From NCBI GenBank assembly GCA_019058315.1, contig JAHPZH010000001.1:599536-663535 (forward strand): a DNA stretch of 64,000 nt, given 5' to 3'. The DNA comes from Candidatus Helarchaeota archaeon (GTDB lineage: Archaea; Asgardarchaeota; Lokiarchaeia; Helarchaeales; RDOG01). Below are positions 11,419 through 21,300 of this stretch, in pieces (the stretch's first letter is position 1; every line of letters starts with the position of its first letter). The translations under genes and the position numbers were made by a program. The notes beneath the pieces are model-generated. The model saw only the letters and a list, made by a program, of their open reading frames with translations, had not been told where the DNA came from and did no database searches.

Positions 11419-11486
11419 TTTCGCCACCATCAAAAATTATAATTTGTTTTAATAATATAAAAAAATTTAATAAAAAAATAAAAAAT

Positions 11487-14126
11487 TTAGGTTTTATAGT
11501 CTTCAATCTTTCTTAGCCATTCTTCCATATGTTCTTCATCTAAAGTAGCGAGATCTTTTAATAAAACCTCTTTTTCTTGTTCAGTTAGATGTTTTAGATT
11601 TTCTACTCTTAATAAAATATCCTTTGGGATAATTTTAAATGGTTTTGTTATAATTTTCTTAAGATCCTCAAAGGTTTCAGGTTCGAATTGCATTGATTCT
11701 CTAGTTGCAGCTGATTCTTCGGATTCTTTTAAAATAGCTCTGATTTCTTTTGCACCTAATTTGACATCTTTCTTTGCTTTTCCTTTTATGGCTTTTGCTT
11801 TTGTGATCTTTTTTGGTTCAAGTTTTAAAGCTCTTCTTCTTTGAAGAAATATAATTGTGCCAACAATAGAAGACGCTGCGACACTTCCGATGATAATAAT
11901 GATTATGATTCTAATATCTTCGCCTGGCGGGATTATGATGATTGGTTTTGGATTCTTTTTTACCTTAAATTGATAAAATGCTGAAGTATTTATTTGTCCG
12001 CTAGTATCATTGACCCAAATTGAGTAATTAATAGTTTTTTTACTGGCAGTCAAAGGAATTGTTGTATTATAGCTCCAATATCCATCCCATGTGCTTCCTG
12101 AAGTAAAATTCATTTCTAAATATTGAAATGTACCAAAAAGATTCGTATATAGAAAGACGTGAGAAACTTGTACGTTGTCTGTCACATGGACGGTAATATT
12201 TAGGGGATCAAGAGGTCGATATTTTTTCTGATTAAGAATAATTTCCAAAATATTAGGTGCTTCAGTATCTAAAGCCCCGTCCCTAGGTCCTAAGGCACTA
12301 ATTGTAGGTGGATTTTCAATAAGGATATCATATATATTATCAACGAAATCTTGTTTATCATTGATATTGGTTGAACCTATATCCATATAAAAATGCCAAA
12401 AATCGAAACTATGTGTAATTCCTGTCATTAGAGGGCTGGGACAGATTCCCATAGTAATTTGAAGAGCTGGATATCCAGCAAATGGAGGAAACCTGCATTC
12501 TCTAATCCGTAAACTATTTAACCAAATATCGGGAGCAATATCCCATAATGTTATTAAAATATTAGAATCACCAGTGTTTTCTGTAAACATCTTGCCTTGG
12601 TCTAATGTATAATAAGTCTCATGCCAACTTGCACCAGAATCATCAAAATCTTCTTGTGCCCAACTCCCCCCTTGATGAAAATATGATGCATTAAAGTCGA
12701 TATCTTGTCCTCCAGTAAGTGGATCAGAATATATTCCCGAAAAAGTATTTCCTCCTACTCCTGGATAGTGTTGATATTTATAGATAAATGAATTAGAATA
12801 GAATCTATAATAACACCAATCATTTTCATCATCACTTTGCCATGCCTCAATAAAAATAGGTCCATCACTGATTATTGGAGCGGACTCTGTTGCTCCAGTG
12901 ACGTTATTACCAGAAGAAGTCATAGCATATTGAGTTTGACCGGACAGATGTTCATTCCCATCCTTATCAAACTGTCTAAGAACATCCATATTAGTAGGAT
13001 ACATAATTGCAGAAGCCCCATCCGTGAAATTGACAGTGTAACCAGTCCTTGCTATATTTGTATAACTCGTCGATACTGTTGGAGTGCTGTTATAATATAC
13101 ACGATATTGTTTTGTCTCCGAGGCGGTTAAATTATCTATAAAAGCTACATTTACAGAAGAAATGTATAATATTCTATCTTCTGAATAAGCTGTTGCCCAA
13201 CTTGTATCTACTGCAGCAACATAAGAAGTACCTTTTGTTGCACCCGTGGCTCCAGCAATATATAGCGTATCAATATCTGCAGCTGGATTGTTCATATTAG
13301 CATCAATAAAAAGGCTTGACCAAGTATTAGCACTTTCATTCCAAAAATATCCTGAAAACTTATTTTCAGTGCAATTAAATGACATTTTGAATGTATACCA
13401 TTTATTTATTGAATATGGAATACCTGTATCTTGCAGCGAACCATTATGATAGCCAAAATTACCATCAGTTCTAAATAGAATTGAGCCTCTTGGATCAACT
13501 CCCCTTGACATGCTGAAACCTCCCCCATTGGTTTCATTAACTAACATAACAACATAAATCGTACCACTAGTCTGAGCCGTAAATGTATATCCAATGTTAT
13601 TACTTTGAACTGTATCATTATCATTGATTTCAACAACCTTTTCATACCCTTTAAATCGCGGAAGAACCCAGATATTTGTACCTACTGGTTCCCAAAGCAC
13701 CCAATTTGTTGTAGGATTTCCAAAATCAGGATCATTTTCAAAATTTTCCCAAGCTTGTAACTTTAAATTATAAACTTGGGAAATAATCTCGTCACTAGGT
13801 CCGTAAGGTGATTTATATAACCTTATTGAATCTTTAAAACAGTAATTATTTTCCTCATTGAAAATTACAGGATCTATTATTACATTCATTTGATTTGAAC
13901 CGGTGTTCTCTGTAACGGTAAATTGTTTAAAGTTTTCAAAACTTTTAGCAGATATTATGATATCTTCTACTTGGGAAGTTGCATTAAGAATTAGTGTGTT
14001 AGGAAATATATTCGATGAATTATTAGATATTGAACTTCCGATTCCAAGTATGCCTAAGAACATTAAACTTGTGAAAAACAGTAAGAAAATCCTTCTCTTG
14101 AAGTTACTTTTAGTTTTAAACCCCAT
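11487..14126 (-). CDS. Membrane-anchored surface protein (paralog B)
   Basis: Collinear with 6000-8909, shares FKVKKNPKPIIIIPPGEDI before the TM, one Ig-like repeat shorter. Confidence 0.75.
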   Translation of the reverse strand: MGFKTKSNFKRRIFLLFFTSLMFLGILGIGSSISNNSSNIFPNTLILNATSQVEDIIISAKSFENFKQFTVTENTGSNQMNVIIDPVIFNEENNYCFKDSIRLYKSPYGPSDEIISQVYNLKLQAWENFENDPDFGNPTTNWVLWEPVGTNIWVLPRFKGYEKVVEINDNDTVQSNNIGYTFTAQTSGTIYVVMLVNETNGGGFSMSRGVDPRGSILFRTDGNFGYHNGSLQDTGIPYSINKWYTFKMSFNCTENKFSGYFWNESANTWSSLFIDANMNNPAADIDTLYIAGATGATKGTSYVAAVDTSWATAYSEDRILYISSVNVAFIDNLTASETKQYRVYYNSTPTVSTSYTNIARTGYTVNFTDGASAIMYPTNMDVLRQFDKDGNEHLSGQTQYAMTSSGNNVTGATESAPIISDGPIFIEAWQSDDENDWCYYRFYSNSFIYKYQHYPGVGGNTFSGIYSDPLTGGQDIDFNASYFHQGGSWAQEDFDDSGASWHETYYTLDQGKMFTENTGDSNILITLWDIAPDIWLNSLRIRECRFPPFAGYPALQITMGICPSPLMTGITHSFDFWHFYMDIGSTNINDKQDFVDNIYDILIENPPTISALGPRDGALDTEAPNILEIILNQKKYRPLDPLNITVHVTDNVQVSHVFLYTNLFGTFQYLEMNFTSGSTWDGYWSYNTTIPLTASKKTINYSIWVNDTSGQINTSAFYQFKVKKNPKPIIIIPPGEDIRIIIIIIIGSVAASSIVGTIIFLQRRRALKLEPKKITKAKAIKGKAKKDVKLGAKEIRAILKESEESAATRESMQFEPETFEDLKKIITKPFKIIPKDILLRVENLKHLTEQEKEVLLKDLATLDEEHMEEWLRKIEDYKT

Positions 14127-14481
14127 GGTTCATTTTCACCTTTTTTTGTTTAAATCAGGTTAATATTATTAAAAAAAAATTGAATTTAAATCGAAATGGA
14201 ACAGTTTTATGCGATGATGAGTTTGCACTGAAATTGTGCTCTTAGGGTGAATTCATATTTTGGTGGAAAATTTTAAAAAAGGGTTATTAATGTGGGAATA
14301 AACAAATAAAAAATTTACTAAAATTTATTCATTTTTAAATTCATATATAATTTTGAAATTTATAATAAATTAATTCTGTATTTTGGGATAATTAAAGAAC
14401 GTACATTGAAAAAGAAGTTACCTTATTGAAACAAATAAGTTTAATATATCAGTATAAAAATTAACCAAATTGTGCTAAAAG

Positions 14482-14507
14482 TGGACTAGATGCCTTTTTA
14501 AATTAAA
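14482..14507 (+). promoter_or_regulatory. Promoter/operator motif TGGACTAGA-N4-TTTTTAAATTAAA, copy 1
   Basis: Same motif and spacing recurs at 15250-15275; TATA-like element upstream of the gene. Confidence 0.55.
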
Positions 14508-14539
14508 TAAAGGAATTTCAATTCATAAGCTCGGTAGGG

Positions 14540-15247
14540 ATTAACATCGATAAAATTAAACTTACAGCTTTAGAAAATTCAATTCTAAAACTGGCAAAGA
14601 AAATTGTTAGGAGGGGGCCCTTAAACATTCAAGAGCTATATTCATTAGCAATCAAAGAACTAAATTATTCTAAAATTGAGATTAGTAAGGGAATTTATCA
14701 ACTTACATTAAAAAAAGTCTTGGTTAAAGGGACTAAAATTACACAAGATTCCGTCCTTGAGAACTATGTTCGAAATAGAATTTTTAAATACATTTTAAAA
14801 AATCCAGGTACTCATTTGAGAGAGATTAGAGATAGATTGAGTTTGTTGCCTTTGCAGGCAGATTGGCATCTAAACATGCTAGAAAAATTTGGGTATATTA
14901 GAAAGAATAGAATTAAAAATAAAGTAGTGTATTTTGAGTCAAAAATTAATCCTGATCTTTATGATTCAATCTTTATTTTAAGAAATCTAGATAATTTGAA
15001 TATTATAAAAAAAATTTTAGCAGAACCAGATATTCCTTTAAACACTTTAGTGGGAAAAGTCCGATTAAGACCACGAAAAGTTAAAAATATCATTTTTAAT
15101 CTATTGGAAACAGATTTAATAAAGGAAATAATAGAAGATGGACAGGTAAAATATCGAGCAAATATAGAAAATATTAGTTCAGTAACAAAAATCTTTGAAG
15201 AATTAAGAATAAAAAATAATCAGAGGGGATCAAATTCAACCGTCTAA
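14540..15247 (+). CDS. Stand-alone tandem wHTH regulator, homologous to the N-terminus of the 704/703-aa proteins
   Basis: NPGTHLREI wHTH. Frame is open upstream of the TTG at 14720 (LENSILKLAKKIV...IQELY...EISKGIYQL) and matches the paralog N-termini. Start probably non-canonical (ATT at 14540). Confidence 0.7.
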   Translation: MNIDKIKLTALENSILKLAKKIVRRGPLNIQELYSLAIKELNYSKIEISKGIYQLTLKKVLVKGTKITQDSVLENYVRNRIFKYILKNPGTHLREIRDRLSLLPLQADWHLNMLEKFGYIRKNRIKNKVVYFESKINPDLYDSIFILRNLDNLNIIKKILAEPDIPLNTLVGKVRLRPRKVKNIIFNLLETDLIKEIIEDGQVKYRANIENISSVTKIFEELRIKNNQRGSNSTV

Positions 15248-15249
15248 AA

Positions 15250-15275
15250 TGGACTAGACCCATTTTTAAATTAAA
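15250..15275 (+). promoter_or_regulatory. Promoter/operator motif TGGACTAGA-N4-TTTTTAAATTAAA, copy 2
   Basis: Repeat of 14482-14507, upstream of the 2597-aa gene. Confidence 0.55.
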
Positions 15276-15329
15276 ATTTGAAAATGATGAATTTAGATTG
15301 CCTAAAAAAACAAAAATATGTGATAAGAT

Positions 15330-18300
15330 ATGAAAAAAGATAAATTCGTAAACTTAATTTTGGCTTATTTTCTCATAATTTTCATATTTCTCCCCGTTAT
15401 TCATTCACCTTCATCAAATTTTTTGCCGCTATGGAGTAAAATAACAATTACTAACGAAATTCCGAAACATAAGCTTGAATTAGAAACTTCTGCTTTGGGC
15501 TGGCCCATGACTGAGGTGGTTTCCACGGAGAGTACGGGTAATTCTTATCATCCCTCGATCGCGGTGGACGGTACCGGGAACGTACATGTGGCGTGGGAAG
15601 ATTGGACGGACTATGGAGGTTCGGGAACGGATAATGATATATTCTATAAGTGCTGGAACGCAACCACTGGAACATGGAAGACTATAGAGGTGGTTTCCAC
15701 GGAGAGCATGGGGGATTCTTACTCTCCAACAATCGCTGCAGACGGTTTTGGGAACGTGCACGTGGCGTGGTATGATTTGTCGGATTACGGGGGCTCGGGG
15801 ACTGATTGGGATATATTCTATAAGCGCTGGAACGCCACCACAGGAACATGGTCAGGATTTATTAATACAACTGATGTAATCTCCACGGAGAGCACAGATC
15901 TTTCCCGTAAACCCTCACTGGCGGTAGACAGTTCTGGGAACGTGCACGTGGCGTGGGAAGATTGTACGGACTATGGGGGTTCGGGGACGGATAATGATAT
16001 ATTCTATAAGTGTTGGAACACCTCCACGAGTTCTTGGACTACGACCGTGCTAATCTCCACGGAGAGTACGGGTAATTCTTATAATCCCTCGATCGCAGTG
16101 GACGGTTCCGAGAACGTGCACGTGGCGTGGTACGATTTGACGGATTACGGAGGCTCGGGGACTGATAAGGATATATTCTATAAACGCTGGAACGCCACAG
16201 GAATATGGTCAGGATTTATTAATACAACTGATATAGTCTCTACGGAGAGCTCGAATGATTCTTGGCTTCTAGCAATCGCGGTGGACGGTTCCGGGAATGT
16301 ATACGTGGCGTGGTGTGATTTGACGGACTATGGGGGCTCGGGAACGGATCCTGATATATTCTATAAGTGTTGGAACACTACCACAGGAATATGGAACACG
16401 ACAGAGGTGGTTTCCACGGAGAGCACGGGTATTTCTTTTCATCCAACAATAGCAGTGGACGGTTCTGGGAACGTGCACGTTGCGTGGATGGATTATACGG
16501 ACTATGAGGGTGCAGGAACGGACCGGGATATATTCTATAAGCGCAGGAACGCCATCACAGGAATATGGTCAGGATATGTTAATGCGAGTGATGTAGTCTC
16601 CACAGAGAGTACGGGACAATTTTATAATTCCAGTCCAACAATAGCGGTTGATACTACTGGAAACGTGCATGTGGCATGGGATGATTCGACTAATTATGGA
16701 GGTTCGGGGACCGATCATGATATATTTTATAAACACCAAATAAATATTGCAAATAATTATTCGGATGATTTTAATTCCGGGACCTTAGATCCGAAATGGA
16801 TATGGCACGATGGGGGTGAAGGGGAGAGTTGGAACTTAACCGTTAATCCCGGAAATTTACGGATAATCTCGACGAGTAAGATTAATGCATGGTGGGGTAA
16901 TAATGGAGACAATATTATTTATATGCCATACATATATCAAAATTTTTCTAATATTCAATATTTTGAAATTATAACTAAGGTTAATCCTCCAGACGGAAAT
17001 GGAAAAGGGAATGGAATAGTTCTTTATGAGGATGATAATAATTATATTGTTTTAAATAACTATCGAGATAGTGTGGGAAATATTCTCTATGCACAGTATA
17101 GAAGTGTGGGAGATCCACTAACTAATATAGGTGTAATCAGAACTACCGTCAATTATTTTAAATTAATGCGAATAGGAAATTTAATTTCATATCAATATTC
17201 AAATGATGGAAGTTCTTGGAATATATTAGCAAATTATACTCATAACTACAATTTTATTCGGATGGGTATTTTTTGTTCAAGTGTAGGAGGAGGTATATTT
17301 AATTCAGATTTTGACTTTTTCAATTTCACAGAGTTAGCACCTTCTATGCCGCCACCAGATCCAAATACAAAAACCCCTCTTTGGAAATATGATACTGGTA
17401 GTTCTATTTATTCTGTTGCAATTACACCTAATGGTCAATATATTGCGGTAGGGACTGGAAACAGTTTACATTTTTGGGATATAAACTCTTCCACTCCTCT
17501 TTGGAGTTATTATGTTGGAGATGTTGTTCAAGCAGTGGATATGTCAGAAGATGGAAATTATATAGTTGCTGGAACTGGAGTTTTGGACCAGCCAGGTAAT
17601 GTTGTATTATGGCAACGTAGTAGTTCAACTCCAATATGGAATTATACAGGTTCTGGTAATTTTGGTTCTATTGCTATATCTGCTGATGGCAATTATATTG
17701 TTGCTGGAGACAGACTTTCAAATAACTTGCATTTATGGCATAGAGATAATTCTACACCTTTGTGGTCTTTCAATCCTGGTTCAGGTAATTGGGAATCGGT
17801 TGCAATTTCATCAGATGGATATTACATTGTCGCTAGTGATGGTTTCTATCATGATTATGTTTATTATTTTGATAGGACAAGTTCTACTCCTATGTGGAAC
17901 TATCAATGTGGTTCGGATGTTTGGTCAGTAGACATTTCAAAAGATGGGCAATATTACGCTGCAGGAAGCAAAGATCATAAAATATATTTCTGGCAAAATA
18001 ATAGTGATACACCAGTTTGGGATTATTCTACTAGTGGAGAAGTGTTTTCGGTTTCAATTTCAAACGACGGATCTCATATTGCAGCTGGAAGTGTCGATAA
18101 TAACCTATATTATTTTAAAACTGATAATTCTACTCCTCAATGGTCCTATACAACTGGTGATGATATCTGTTCAGAAAGAACTGTTTCCATCTCTGGAGAT
18201 GGAGAATATATTGCAGCAGGAACTAAGGATTCTAAAATTTATTTCTTCTATAGAAATGATTCTACACCCATATGGAATTTTACTACAATTACTGGATCTA

Positions 18301-21300
18301 TTGGAGCCATTGATTTATCGGATACAGGACAATATTTGGTAGCAGGCGGGCAAGATCATTATGTCTATGTATTTTCACAAGATAATGAAATGCCCCCAAC
18401 TTCAAATCATCCATTAGATATAATTACTACTGTAAGCGGAACAGAAACGATTAATTGGACACTTTACGATGATTCTGGACCAGGTCAATACCGAATTTGG
18501 GTTAATGATACTAATAATAACTATTATATATGGATTGATTGGACACCGTGGATTAATAATACTAATTTAATCGTTCCAATAAATAGAAGTACTGTCGGAG
18601 TGTTCAATTATACTATAGAATATAATAATAGCAATGGAACATTTGGAATTCCTGATATAGTTATAGTAAAAATAGAAATCTCGGTATTTAACTGGACTAT
18701 GACTGAAGTTATCTCTACGGAGAGTACGGAAGATTCTTCCCAGCCAGCAATTGCAGTTGATAATCTTGGAAATGTTCACGTGGTATGGAATGATTGGACT
18801 GACTATGGAGGTTCAGACATGGATTGTGATGTATTTTACAAGCGTTGGAATGCTATTACGAGCAACTGGACTTTGACGGAGGTAGTTTCCACTGAAAGTA
18901 CGCTTGATGTTTGGAATTTATCCATCGTGGCTGATAGTTCTGGGAATTTACACGTGGTTTGGAGCGATTGGACAGATTATGGAGGTTCAGGAACAGACAA
19001 TGATATATTTTACAAGTTCTGGAATGCTACTTCGGGAACTTGGAGCGGATATATTAATGCTACCGATGTGGTCTCTACAGAGAGCACAGGAAGCTCTAGG
19101 GATCCGGCAATCGCAGTGGATGGTTCCGGGAATGTGCACGTGGTATGGACTGAATGGTCTAATGGAGATATATTCTACAAATTCTGGAACTCTACCTCGA
19201 AAACTTGGAACGGGAATATTAATGCTACCGATGTGGTCTCCACGGAGGGCACAGGTCAATCTTGGTATCCATCTATCGATGTGGATGGATCCGGAAATGT
19301 GCACGTGGTGTGGGAGGATTCGTCGGATTACGGTGATTCGGGAACAGATGATGATATATTTTATAAATTCTGGAATGTTACCTCAAGAATTTGGAGTGGA
19401 AATATTAACACAACTGACATAGTTTCAACGGAAAGCACGGGGGGCTCTTGGTATCCATCGATCGCTGTGGATAGTTCTGGGAATGTACATGTGGTATGGA
19501 GCGATTGGACGGATTATGGAGGTGCGGGATTGAAAAATGATATTTTTTACAAATTCTGGAACGTAACCTCGGGAACTTGGGGTGGTAATTTTAATGCAAC
19601 CGATGTTGTCTCCACTGAAAGTACGGAAAGTTCTTACAGTCCATCGATATTTGTTGATAGTTTCAATAACTTACACGTGGTATGGGAGGATCATACGGAT
19701 TATGGGATGTCAGGAACAGATAATGACATATTTTACAAGTTGAGGAACGCTCCCTCGGGAATCTGGAGCGGAACTGTTAATATTACTGATATAATATCGA
19801 CAGAGAGCACGGGATCTTCTTGGAACCCATCGATAGTTGTTGACGGCTCTGGGAACATACATGTTACTTGGGATGATATGACCAATTATAATGGTTCAGG
19901 AATAGATCGTGATATATTTTATAAGAAAAAAACAATTACGGAATTACCATCTCCTCCTACTTCAAATCATCCAGCAGATATTATTACTCCATTAAGTGGA
20001 ACAGATACCATTAACTGGACACTATACGATGATTTTGGACCAGGTCAATACCGAGTTTGGGTTAATGATACAAACAATAATTACTATATATGGGTAGATT
20101 GGACAATATGGACTAATAATACTAATTTGGCCATTCCAATTAATAGAACTGCTATCGGAGTGTTCAATTATACTATAGAATATAATAACAGCATAGGATT
20201 ATTTGGGATTCCAGATACAGTTCTTGTATTTATTAATCTCCCTGCTCAGAGTAATTCTATTATTTATGGTCTAAATTCGTCTATAGGGTATAATTATCAT
20301 GCAATTCGTATAGATTTGGGTGATATAATAGTTGAAAATACTTTAAATCTTACTCCAGGTAAATTAAATGGGACTCCAGTGATTAATTCTACTATACTTG
20401 AAAACTCAAATGTTATATACGAATCATTTCTGGACAATATTAATCTGTTCGGGAATGCAAAGCTTACTATGAGAAATATATTTGAAACAGGATTAAATAT
20501 TTATTTATTCAATAACTCTGAATTGATCCTAGAGAATTGTACCCTTAATTCAATCACGGCTTGCGACACCTCAAAAGTTTGGATTAAGAATACAACTATA
20601 AACTATATATATGATTATATTAATTGGAGTTTTCCGATTATTTTTGATCCCAGCCCCGACTCAAGTACAATATATGTATTACAAAAATCAACTATAAGCC
20701 AAGTTCACTTATCTGGTGGATCAAATTTTGTAGTTGAAAATAGCACGATTGATTGGATGACAATGCAATCTTTAGCGAACATAATATCAGGAATTTCAAG
20801 AATTTCTTTGCAAGCAACGATTACTAATTCAACGTTAAATTATCTTAGGCTTTATAGGGATTCAAAAGCTACGGTATTTAGCTCACAACTTATTACAGCA
20901 TATGTGTATGATATAGCAAAATTGAGTTTAGTTGCGTCCACAATTACGAATTTATATTATGGCATAATTTGCAATTCAGGATTCACAAGTATTGTTGATG
21001 GTGTTCCAAGTGGAGGTTATATAAATAATACTCAACTAATCGGAACTTCACCATCTGGTTCGTTTGAGCTTATAAGTGTTGCAGTAACCGGTTCTGCATC
21101 TGCCTATATAGAGGGATGGCTAACAACTACTTCATTTGATCTATATTTATATGATTCTTCCTTAGCTCAGTTAAATTACACTTTTGATGCGAATTTAATA
21201 TGTTCTTATAATAATTCTCAATTAGACATTGAAAATTCGATTATAACAACTATAATGGCGTATTTGAATTCTTCAGTAACAATCCAAAAAAATTGTTCGA

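Noticed and set aside
11242-11433. 63-aa ORF
   Set aside because: It overlaps a hairpin and an AT-rich spacer, with no motif or paralogous counterpart.
15451-19422. Antisense or alternate-frame ORFs and DNA repeats as CRISPR or DGR
   Set aside because: They are shadows of coding propeller repeats; there is no reverse transcriptase or adenine-specific template/variable pair.
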